This document shows positions 1 to 7,152 of a stretch of DNA of 32,000 nt, piece by piece (positions within the stretch are counted from its first letter, which is position 1; every line of letters starts with the position of its first letter). The notes below the pieces were generated by a model. The model searched no databases. It was not told the origin of the DNA and saw only the letters and a program-made list of their open reading frames with translations. Source of the DNA: Bermanella sp. WJH001 (GTDB lineage Bacteria > Pseudomonadota > Gammaproteobacteria > Pseudomonadales > Oceanobacteraceae); contig NZ_CP194951.1 in NCBI RefSeq assembly GCF_030070105.2, positions 965,511 to 997,510 on the forward strand. Direction: 5' to 3'. A program made the position numbers and the translations under genes.

Positions 1-179
1 GCTCAGGACAGGCTCAACCCGCGCTCAGGGTGATCGGGTTTCTTTGATTACTGAAGGCAAGACCTACGCAGTCGCCCCTATGTTTTTAGGTTGCGGGCGC
101 GAAGCGCAGTCAATCCTCCTGTCAGTTGTGGCAGTCTTCTTAGTTTGTAATGCGCACCCTTGCTAGCTACTAAGTTTTC

Positions 180-270
180 CGCAAGTGCGTTTCTAGTTCA
201 CTGTTAATTTTTGAAGCCTTTACAATCAGGATAATTAAAGCCAGCACGGTTCTTTTTCTCGGGGTTGCTT
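180..270 (+). repeat. Partial copy (copy 0) of the left-end dispersed repeat family
   Basis: Begins CGCAAGTGCG and later contains GCACGGTTCTTTTTCTCGGGGTTGC, matching the start and middle motifs of the longer copies. Confidence 0.6.
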
Positions 271-280
271 TAATCGTCTT

Positions 281-296
281 ACCCGCGAAGGCGGGT
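281..296. repeat. REP-like dyad ACCCGCGAAGGCGGGT
   Basis: Short GC-rich inverted repeat followed by ATCCATTTTCGCAAGTGCG; near-identical arrangement at 1166-1200. Confidence 0.65.
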
Positions 297-305
297 ATCC
301 ATTTT

Positions 306-505
306 CGCAAGTGCGTTTTATGAATGTTGCTGAGTATGTGAGTAGTTTCAAGATTTATCACCTTTGCTAGCACGGTTTTCTTTCTTGGGGTTGCACCCCA
401 ACCCCCGCTTCGCGCCTAACTATCCACCGCCAACTTCATATATTCTCGAAAGGCTTGGGTGATGCGGTGGATAAAGGGCGCAGGTTGGTATCGCTACAGG
501 TTTGA
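306..505 (+). repeat. Dispersed structured repeat, copy A
   Basis: Shares CGCAAGTGCGTTTTATGAATGTTGCTGAGTAT...TTTGCTAGCACGGTTTTCTTTCTTGGGGTTGCACCCCAACCCCCGCTTCGCGCCTAACTATCC with copy C. Contains the perfect stem TATCCACCGC (421-430)/GCGGTGGATA (464-473) plus outer GCGCC/GGCGC. Confidence 0.8.
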
Positions 506-566
506 CTTGCTGTTGGTTTTGCCAAGGTTTTGCGTGTGGTTTAAATGTAAGTGGCTGCAGCGTGTT

Positions 567-782
567 CGCAAGTGCGTTTTATGGGTGTTGCTGAGTATTT
601 GAATAGCTTCAAGATTCAACGCTTTTGCTTGCACGGTTCTTTCTTTGGGGCTGCCTAAAAAGAAATTGCCCAACCCCCTCTTCGCTCATACTTCACACCG
701 CTCGGTCTCATATATTAATAAGACGCTTTGGTTGTAGTGGTGTTCAGAAATCGCATTGTGTTATCGATACATGTTTGGTTCT
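567..782 (+). repeat. Dispersed structured repeat, copy B
   Basis: CGCAAGTGCGTTTTATGGGTGTTGCTGAGTATTTGAATAGCTTCAAGATTCAACGCTTTTGCTTGCACGG..., hairpin ACACCGCT (695-702)/AGTGGTGT (736-743), then ATCGCATTGTGTTATCGATAC. Confidence 0.75.
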
Positions 783-934
783 CGATAAAATTGATAGGGT
801 TTGTGCTTGTTATAAAATTGTAGAAGGCCGCACCTGCGGCCGAATTGTAGTTACTACTGGGAATAATGTAGGAGGGTGTTTGCACGCGACAAGGGCTCAG
901 AGGCTAAACAACAAAAGTTTAAAATGATTTTGTC

Positions 935-967
935 ATACTCGACGTGAGGCACGAACAGATCGTGTAT
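935..967. repeat. Divergent REP-like dyad
   Basis: GTCATACTCGACGTGAGGCACGAACAGATCGTGTATCCAT; arms ATACtCGA/TCGtGTAT. The framing matches the element at 2689-2720 read on the minus strand. Confidence 0.5.
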
Positions 968-1165
968 CCATAAAATCCCCTTAGTTTGTATGAATCAAAA
1001 TAGTGAATAAGAAATGACTTTATGAAAAAGAACCACGAAAATATTTAAAGCAAAGATAGGCTTGGTTGATCTAGTGGTATTTGCTTACCATGGGTGTTTA
1101 GATTAGTTTTATTGTTTACGGCTTGATTTCCGTAGGCTTTGCAAGAGTGTTGCTTATCTAGTCTT

Positions 1166-1181
1166 ACCCGCGAAGGTGGGT
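1166..1181. repeat. REP-like dyad ACCCGCGAAGGTGGGT
   Basis: Near copy of 281-296, again placed directly before a dispersed repeat copy. Confidence 0.6.
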
Positions 1182-1190
1182 ATCCATTTC

Positions 1191-1394
1191 CGCAAGTGCG
1201 ATTTATGAATGTTGCTGAGTATTTGAATAGCTTTAAGATTCAACGCTTTTGCTAGCACGGTTTTCTTTCTTGGGGTTGCACCCCAACCCCCGCTTCGCGC
1301 CTAACTATCCACGGCAGGCATCTTATATATCTAATTAGGCTTTGGTTGTTGCCGCGGATAAATGGCGCATTGTGTTATCGTTTCGGGCTTGGTT
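1191..1394 (+). repeat. Dispersed structured repeat, copy C
   Basis: Long near-identity to copies A and B. Stem TATCCaCGGCA (1306-1316)/TGCCGcGGATA (1350-1360) plus outer GCGCC/GGCGC. Confidence 0.8.
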
Positions 1395-1467
1395 TACTGT
1401 AGGTTCAAAATCGACTTTGTAATTCACTTATATTTATTGGTGCAATAGATGTAGGTTGTAGATAATG

Positions 1468-1497
1468 AGCTTTAGTACCTTGCAAGGTACTAAAGCT
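1468..1497. promoter_or_regulatory. 30-bp perfect palindrome, candidate operator
   Basis: AGCTTTAGTACCTTGCAAGGTACTAAAGCT is exactly self-complementary and lies 35 bp upstream of the ATG at 1533; a half-like copy CTTGCAAGGT follows at 1496-1505. Confidence 0.6.
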
Positions 1498-1532
1498 TGC
1501 AAGGTCTTATGATTAAAATGTTAGAGGGCTCC

Positions 1533-2429
1533 ATGAAAATCAATAGTGATCTGATGGTTGATATTAATGAAGAGCTTAGTAAAAGTAATATTGAGCATAG
1601 CTTTAGGCCTCTTCGGGCAATCGCATTAGCTTCAGATAAATTAGGAATTAGCATTTCTATTCCTTCAGCTGAGGCAGACTTTATATTCCGGTGGTATGAA
1701 TTTAATGGAAAACCAGGCAGCCAGTTACAAGGCCATTTTCACCAAGGCTTATATTACTTTGATTCTGAGTTTTGGTCTGTAAGCATTCCACTTATTTATG
1801 GGCAAATTGAAGTTAATTCATTGGAAGCTCTCCATAATATGCCCTCCAATACCAAGGCATCACTTACTAAAAACAATAAAACTCTATGGGATTACGTTAT
1901 CTATTGGGCAGATTGCATTGATTTTGGGTATGCCTATGATGACCTTCGTAAAAGTAAAGAATTTGATACGTTTGGGATTAACCTGTTAAACGCAGGTTAC
2001 GAAGAATTATCATCAGCAACATCCCTATTACTGGAATCTAGACCAAATAAACGAGCAATAATGAATTGTAGGATGGCCACGGAGATGCTGTTAAAGAGTT
2101 TTATTTGCTTAAAAGAAGGGCTGTCGGAGACGCAGGCGAAAAAATTAGGTCATGATCTATCAAAGCTGCTAGATAAATTTATTGATTGTTCCGGTTATGA
2201 TCATCTTAAAAAAATAAAGCCGCTCCTATCAGTGTTTCCTAGTATTCATGAGCGCTATAGCGAACAAACAGCTACACACGCAAAGATATTTGATGCATAT
2301 TGTTTTGCACAATCTATTGGTGCATTAATTGCGAGAGAGTTTACCGATAGAGATACTTTGTCCCAAATAATGCCCTCTAACAATCATATGCAGCCACCAT
2401 TATTATTGCGCCAGTTAACGCGGCGTTAG
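1533..2429 (+). CDS. Hypothetical protein, possible C-terminal HEPN-like helical domain
   Basis: ORF track 1497..2429 (310 aa); the ATG at 1533 follows a GAGGG-type RBS. The C-terminal half (RAIMNCRMATEMLLKSFICLKEG...KKLGHDLSKLLDKF) looks HEPN-like by eye only. Confidence 0.6.
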   Translation: MKINSDLMVDINEELSKSNIEHSFRPLRAIALASDKLGISISIPSAEADFIFRWYEFNGKPGSQLQGHFHQGLYYFDSEFWSVSIPLIYGQIEVNSLEALHNMPSNTKASLTKNNKTLWDYVIYWADCIDFGYAYDDLRKSKEFDTFGINLLNAGYEELSSATSLLLESRPNKRAIMNCRMATEMLLKSFICLKEGLSETQAKKLGHDLSKLLDKFIDCSGYDHLKKIKPLLSVFPSIHERYSEQTATHAKIFDAYCFAQSIGALIAREFTDRDTLSQIMPSNNHMQPPLLLRQLTRR

Positions 2430-2446
2430 TTTCACTCAATAAACCG

Positions 2447-2654
2447 CAAACCAAATCCGTATCGATAACAACATGCGATTTCAGAGCACCGCTACAACCA
2501 AAGTGTTTTGATATACCCATAAGAGACGAGCGGTGTGATGTATGAGCAAAGAGGGGGGTGGGGATACTTCCCCACAAGAAAAAACCGTGCTAGCAAAGTC
2601 TGCGAATCTTGCGACCATTTAAATAATTCAACATGTCTAAACAACGCACTTGCG
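2447..2654 (-). repeat. Dispersed structured repeat, copy D, inverted relative to A-C
   Basis: The reverse complement reads CGCAAGTGCGTTG...TTTGCTAGCACGGTTTTTTCTTG...CACACCGCTC...TAGCGGTG...AAATCGCATGTTGTTATCGATAC. Stem CACCGCT (2487-2493)/AGCGGTG (2529-2535). Confidence 0.75.
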
Positions 2655-2688
2655 TTAAAAAAAGTCTCAAAATTCAAACGAGAAATGG

Positions 2689-2720
2689 ATTCCGGTTTGC
2701 TCGTTCCTCGCAACCGGAAT
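2689..2720. repeat. REP-like dyad ATTCCGGTT...AACCGGAAT
   Basis: 9-bp perfect arms around TGCTCGTTCCTCGC, bordered by ATGG and GAC, typical of dispersed REP-like elements. Confidence 0.6.
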
Positions 2721-2777
2721 GACGGCATAATTGACATGTTTAAATTGTTGACAGTAATACTTAAGCCCCTGCATCCT

Positions 2778-2864
2778 GTCTAACGTCTAACGTCTAACGT
2801 CTAACGTCTAACGTCTAACGTCTAACGTCTAACGTCTAACGTCTAACGTCTAACGTCTAACGTC
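2778..2864. repeat. Tandem heptanucleotide array (GTCTAAC)x12 plus GTC
   Basis: Perfect 7-bp unit repeated 12 times, ending inside the Maf stop codon (2863-2865 on the minus strand). Confidence 0.97.
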
Positions 2865-3441
2865 AAATCACATTCACCCCAAATTCATCCAACATTTTAA
2901 TAAGCTGAATCAACGGCAAACCAATTAAGGTATTCGGATCATTACCTTCTAAACGCTCAAACAAACTAATGCCTAAACCTTCCGATTTAAAGCTACCTGC
3001 GCAGTTATACGGCTCTTCTTTTTTAAGGTAGTTCTCAATTTCGCTATCCGTTAGTTGGCGGAAGTAAACGTAGAAGGGTTCAACAGTTTCTTGGTATTGA
3101 TTGGTGCCGGCATTAAACACACATAGGCTGGTATAAAATGTGACGGTGCGACCGCTGGCATTTCTTAATTGCGCAAATGCGTTTTCAAAGTCACCGGGTT
3201 TGCCAATGATTTGCCCGTCGAGCGTGGCGCATTGGTCGGATGCAATGATAATGGATTGCGGGTGACGTTCAGCAATGGCTTGTGCCTTGGCTTTGGCTAG
3301 GCGTGCCACCATGTCTTTAGGGTGTTCACCCTTTAGTGGGGTTTCGTCGATATCTGGGCTGTCGCAGTCAAAGCTTAAATCGAGCTTTTCTAACAGGGCT
3401 TTACGGTAAGGTGAGCTTGAACCTAAAACTAAACGGGCCAT
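2863..3441 (-). CDS. Maf family nucleoside triphosphate pyrophosphatase, YceF-like
   Basis: LVLGSSSPYRKALLEKL...CDSPDIDE...IIIASDQCATLDGQIIGKPG, characteristic Maf motifs. Confidence 0.92.
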   Translation of the reverse strand: MARLVLGSSSPYRKALLEKLDLSFDCDSPDIDETPLKGEHPKDMVARLAKAKAQAIAERHPQSIIIASDQCATLDGQIIGKPGDFENAFAQLRNASGRTVTFYTSLCVFNAGTNQYQETVEPFYVYFRQLTDSEIENYLKKEEPYNCAGSFKSEGLGISLFERLEGNDPNTLIGLPLIQLIKMLDEFGVNVI

Positions 3442-3497
3442 ATTTATCTGCCAAATTACAAAATTTGGCTAAGTGTACGGGATTTTGGGCAAAAAAA

Positions 3498-3517
3498 AAC
3501 AGGCCGTAAGGCCTGTT
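3498..3517 (-). terminator. Rho-independent terminator downstream of sodB
   Basis: AACAGGCC GTAA GGCCTGTT; on the minus strand it is followed by a T tract. Confidence 0.85.
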
Positions 3518-3540
3518 CTTATTTTAGACTGGGGTCTAAA

Positions 3541-4125
3541 TTACTTAGCGAAGTTTTCGTTCGCGAAGTCCCAGTTTACTAGCGCCCAGAAACCTTTTAG
3601 GTAATCAGGACGTACGTTGCGGTAATCAATGTAGTAAGCGTGTTCCCATAGATCAACTGTGATCAAAGGTGTTACGCCATCTTCAGTGATTGGAGTCGCT
3701 GCGTTAGAAGTGTTAACGATGGCTAAAGAGCCGTCAGCGTTTTTCACTAACCAAGTCCAGCTAGAACCGAAGTTGTTCACTGCTGAATCGTTGAATTTAG
3801 CTTGGAATTCTTCGAAAGAACCAAAAGCAGCATTGATTGCATCAGCAACTGCGCCAGTAGGAGCACCGCCGCCGTTAGGGCTTAGGCTGTTCCAGTAAAA
3901 AGTGTGGTTCCAGATTTGAGCAGCGTTGTTGAAAATACCACCAGAAGAGGTTTTAACGATTTCTTCTAGAGACTTGCTCGCAAGCTCAGTACCTTCTACT
4001 AGGCCGTTAAGCTTAGTTACGTAGGTGTTGTGGTGTTTGCCGTGGTGAAAATCAAGGGTCTCAGCGGAGATATGTGGCTCTAAAGCATCTTTTGCATAAG
4101 GTAGTGCTGGTAGTTCGAATGCCAT
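3541..4125 (-). CDS. sodB: Superoxide dismutase (Fe)
   Basis: [36 protein letters not shown]...[14 protein letters not shown]...[11 protein letters not shown], Fe/Mn-SOD motifs. Confidence 0.96.
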   Translation of the reverse strand: MAFELPALPYAKDALEPHISAETLDFHHGKHHNTYVTKLNGLVEGTELASKSLEEIVKTSSGGIFNNAAQIWNHTFYWNSLSPNGGGAPTGAVADAINAAFGSFEEFQAKFNDSAVNNFGSSWTWLVKNADGSLAIVNTSNAATPITEDGVTPLITVDLWEHAYYIDYRNVRPDYLKGFWALVNWDFANENFAK

Positions 4126-4166
4126 GTTGGGCTCCCGTTATTTTTGGTGTGGACTCTCATCATCAA

Positions 4167-4192
4167 TACTTATGAGGTGTACATCATAAGTA
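4167..4192. promoter_or_regulatory. Inverted repeat upstream of sodB, candidate operator
   Basis: TACTTATGA-N8-TCATAAGTA, perfect 9-bp arms, 42-67 bp upstream of the sodB start. Confidence 0.45.
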
Positions 4193-4360
4193 CCTAAAAA
4201 TAGGTGGATGAATAATAGCACTAGAATCCATGGCTTTCTATTGATCACCGGCACAAATGAATTGTTCTGTGTGAACAATTTAACCAAAACACAGACACTG
4301 ACTTGCCAAAAATCCACTAACTGCCACAATAGCGAAAACTCAAGATAATCGTAAACCCCT

Positions 4361-5113
4361 ATGAATAAAGATAAAGAGCCAGAACAGTTAGCGTCTATTG
4401 CACTTAGCCGAGAGGAAATTGCCAGTCGTCAGCGCACTGCGGGTAAACTGAAACCACCCTCATCAAATACTACATCTACAAATGCGCCAAAGGTTTTGTG
4501 GGCATTAGTGGTTTTTGCCCTTGTTTTTTGTGTGGCTTTATTGGTGGAGCTTTATAGCGTTAAGCAGCAATCAGAGTTGCAATTGCAGGCGTTAACTATT
4601 TTACAAGAGAAGTTAACATCAACAGATGAACAAGCGAATTTATCGGTTGATGCGGTGAAAATTTTATTGCGTGAGCAAGACCATGAAATTAGAAAATTAT
4701 GGGATCTGGCTAATAAGCGAAATAAGGTTGATATCAGCAAAAATGCGGACCGATTAAACGATCAAAGTAAGTTGTTAACCAAGCACGCTGGCAAAATTGA
4801 TTTGTTGAATAAAGAGTTAGATAAAACTGAAAAACTGTTGTGTAGTGTCAGTACATCAAACAAACAAACTCAAGACAGTGTGAAAACCATAAAAAGTGAA
4901 TTAGAGCAGTCAAAAACCAATGTGTTACTGCTTGAGACCAAATTGGATTCAGGTTTGTCAGGTTTACCAAAAAATGTGGGTAAAACCCTAGAAGATCACG
5001 ACAAAGGCATTAAAGCTATGGATGCTACGCGCTTGCAATTAATGCGCAGGATTCAAGCACTTGAAAAAGAAATCAAAGCACTTAAGGCGCCAGCCCCCGC
5101 AGCACAACCTTAA
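4361..5113 (+). CDS. Hypothetical single-pass membrane protein with long coiled-coil
   Basis: TM segment VLWALVVFALVFCVALLVELYS followed by extended heptad-like regions and a terminator at 5129. Confidence 0.75.
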   Translation: MNKDKEPEQLASIALSREEIASRQRTAGKLKPPSSNTTSTNAPKVLWALVVFALVFCVALLVELYSVKQQSELQLQALTILQEKLTSTDEQANLSVDAVKILLREQDHEIRKLWDLANKRNKVDISKNADRLNDQSKLLTKHAGKIDLLNKELDKTEKLLCSVSTSNKQTQDSVKTIKSELEQSKTNVLLLETKLDSGLSGLPKNVGKTLEDHDKGIKAMDATRLQLMRRIQALEKEIKALKAPAPAAQP

Positions 5114-5128
5114 TGACGTGAATTCAAC

Positions 5129-5152
5129 AAAGCCCTTAATGGGCTTTTTTTT
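5129..5152 (+). terminator. Rho-independent terminator
   Basis: AAAGCCC TTAAT GGGCTTT followed by TTTTT. Confidence 0.8.
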
Positions 5153-5162
5153 GGATGAAAAA

Positions 5163-6056
5163 ATGGATAGCAGATTCGAAACGCACCTTGCGCTGCCGTG
5201 TTTTAAACATTTTGATGAGTTTTCTGATGCGGTTTTATCACAAGATAAATCTCATAGCATGGATGTGGCGTTAAATATTGGACTGCGCTGTGTAAATTTA
5301 TCCCAAGGGTTTGCGGTGGCGTATCGTTGTGCGCTGCAAGCTTTAGTGCCGCAATTAAACCAAACACAATGGGCGGCCATGTGTGTGACAGAGCAGCAGG
5401 GAAATCATCCGCGTCATATCCAAACTCAACTTTATTCAGATGGCACGGTGAGCGGTGAAAAGAGCTTTGTGTCAATGGCTGGTTTAGCACAACAGTTACT
5501 TGTGATTGCGAAAGATACCGGCATTCAAACCCATGATGCTCGCCCGGTACTAAAAGCAGTATTGGTGGATACGAATCAAACCCAAGTAAAAATAGATAAA
5601 ATGCCCGCCATGAAAATGCTGGCCGATATTCCTCACGGTCGTTTGAGTCTAGAACATGCGAGCTGCGAAGTTTTAGAGGGCGATGGTTATGCGCAGTACA
5701 GCAAAGTATTTAGAGTGCTTGAGGATGCGCATATTTTAATGGCAGCCAGTGCCTTTATTTTGAATACGGCTTATAGGGCCGGGCAGGTGGATGTGGTTGC
5801 CAAAGCACTGTCAATTATTGGTCTATTAAAAGGCATGGATTTGAATGCAGGGCCTTGGGTGCATATACAATTAGCACAGGCATTTGAGCAGTTTTTAACG
5901 TTAAGTAATGTGTTTGAAGAGGGTTTATCTGTTTATGATGAAACGCTTGCGCAGGCTTGGCTGGCGGATAAAAAATTATTTGCCATTGCCTCTGGTGCGC
6001 GCCAAGCACGCACCGAAAAGGCCATGAGTTGGCTTAAAGCTAAGGGCGAGGAGTAG
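5163..6056 (+). CDS. Hypothetical protein
   Basis: ORF track starts at 5061, but that start overlaps the upstream gene and terminator; ATG at 5163 (MDSRFETHLALPCF) is more likely. Confidence 0.7.
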   Translation: MDSRFETHLALPCFKHFDEFSDAVLSQDKSHSMDVALNIGLRCVNLSQGFAVAYRCALQALVPQLNQTQWAAMCVTEQQGNHPRHIQTQLYSDGTVSGEKSFVSMAGLAQQLLVIAKDTGIQTHDARPVLKAVLVDTNQTQVKIDKMPAMKMLADIPHGRLSLEHASCEVLEGDGYAQYSKVFRVLEDAHILMAASAFILNTAYRAGQVDVVAKALSIIGLLKGMDLNAGPWVHIQLAQAFEQFLTLSNVFEEGLSVYDETLAQAWLADKKLFAIASGARQARTEKAMSWLKAKGEE

Positions 6057-6480
6057 AAACGAGCCCCCCTTGGTTTAGCACACCTGTGCTGTAGTGATTA
6101 CCATAACTGGATTCGTAATAGGTGTTCACTGGAATATTATTTTGTATCTGAATAGCAGGGGCACTGCCTTCTGTCGGAATACGTTTGCTATCTTTCAGTG
6201 ATAATAATTCTTCATCTGAGGTATCAGGTATTAATTCAGAGGTTTCACCTTCCATTTCTAAACGCGTGTCATCCAGTTCATTTAAATCTAAACGATTTAA
6301 ATCGATACTTTGTGCCGTTGTGCGTTTATATCGATAGGTGCTGCTGTAGTCATAATGATGGGGGCGTTCTTTTGCTTGGTTAACCGCATCGATTAAGTCA
6401 TCTGCATAATAGTTATCCATGGGTTCAACCCCAAAACTGTATGCGCTTGCGAATACTAAAATAAATAATAACTTCTTCAT
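6040..6480 (-). CDS. Small secreted hypothetical protein, paralogue of 6514..7041
   Basis: Signal peptide MKKLLFILVFASAYSFG; shares YYxDD/YYGND, YxYxRTTxxSxDLxxL and the C-terminal STPRP with its neighbour. Confidence 0.75.
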   Translation of the reverse strand: MKKLLFILVFASAYSFGVEPMDNYYADDLIDAVNQAKERPHHYDYSSTYRYKRTTAQSIDLNRLDLNELDDTRLEMEGETSELIPDTSDEELLSLKDSKRIPTEGSAPAIQIQNNIPVNTYYESSYGNHYSTGVLNQGGLVSTPRP

Positions 6481-6513
6481 AAATATCTATTCTTATTTTT
6501 TGCGACGGTAAGG

Positions 6514-7041
6514 CTAAGGCCTTGGGGTACTGGTGATCGTGCCACTGGTACTTAAGTTATTGGTGGTCACTGTATCACCACGAGGGAATTCATGGAATAT
6601 TTCCTGAATGAATCGTTCGTTATTGGGCGGTATAACAGGAGGGGCTTGCAGAGTAATCGCCGTTTCTTTGTTGGGGGTAGATTGCTCTAAATTCTTTTGC
6701 AGGGTTTGTGCTTGTTCTTCATCGGGTATGGTATCAGGGGTGCTCACCTTACCCGCGGCTGTAGGTTGAAGCGCGCCTTCTAAGCGTTCTTGTTCGAGTG
6801 CTTGAACGCCTAATTTAGGCAAATCAAATGATTTTGACGTAGTGCGGTTGTACCAGTAACGATTAGAGTAATTTACATTACGGTCGTTTTGTTTGGCTTC
6901 TAATATAGCAGCGTGAATATCATTACCGTAATAATCTTCACCCATGCGAATGTTATCTTCAGCGAGGGCAAAAGGCAGTAACAAGCATACGGGGAGTACT
7001 AACAGCAGAAACTTGCCACTTTTTATTAATATTCGTTCCAT
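6514..7041 (-). CDS. Secreted hypothetical protein, paralogue of 6040..6480
   Basis: Signal peptide FLLLVLPVCLLLPFALA; EDYYGNDIHAAILEAKQ...YSNRYWYNRTTSKSFDLPKL...STPRP. Confidence 0.75.
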   Translation of the reverse strand: MERILIKSGKFLLLVLPVCLLLPFALAEDNIRMGEDYYGNDIHAAILEAKQNDRNVNYSNRYWYNRTTSKSFDLPKLGVQALEQERLEGALQPTAAGKVSTPDTIPDEEQAQTLQKNLEQSTPNKETAITLQAPPVIPPNNERFIQEIFHEFPRGDTVTTNNLSTSGTITSTPRP

Positions 7042-7117
7042 GATGTAAATTCCAGTCGCACTTATTTTGTTATTTTTTGTAATTATGTCATCATACCGGA
7101 ATATTTAAAGCGTGTTA

Positions 7118-7136
7118 CCTCTTAACCGTTAAGAGG
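7118..7136. promoter_or_regulatory. 19-bp palindrome in divergent intergenic region
   Basis: CCTCTTAAC C GTTAAGAGG, between the minus-strand gene starting at 7041 and the plus-strand gene starting at 7153. Confidence 0.5.
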
Positions 7137-7152
7137 CGCATAGAGTCTAGAA

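Noticed and set aside
170-373. 67-aa minus-strand ORF ending in WIPAFAGK-type peptide
   Set aside because: The WIPAFAGK segment is a translation of the REP-like dyad and the ORF overlaps the repeats; a typical spurious repeat-derived ORF.
826-841. GGCCGCACCTGCGGCC hairpin as a terminator
   Set aside because: No T tract on either side and no upstream gene; probably just part of the repeat-rich accessory DNA.
625-927. 100-aa plus-strand ORF within the repeat region
   Set aside because: Runs through repeat copy B and low-complexity hairpins, with no recognisable domain; not supported as a gene.
2410-2430. GTTAACGCGGCGTTAG at the end of the accessory gene as an integron attC site
   Set aside because: The core site does not fit GTTRRRY, no paired R''/L'' stem was found and no integrase is present. 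It remains only a short TAACG-CGG-CGTTA dyad.
2778-2864. Regular short repeats as a possible CRISPR array
   Set aside because: Units are contiguous 7-mers with no spacers and there are no cas genes; it is a simple tandem repeat.
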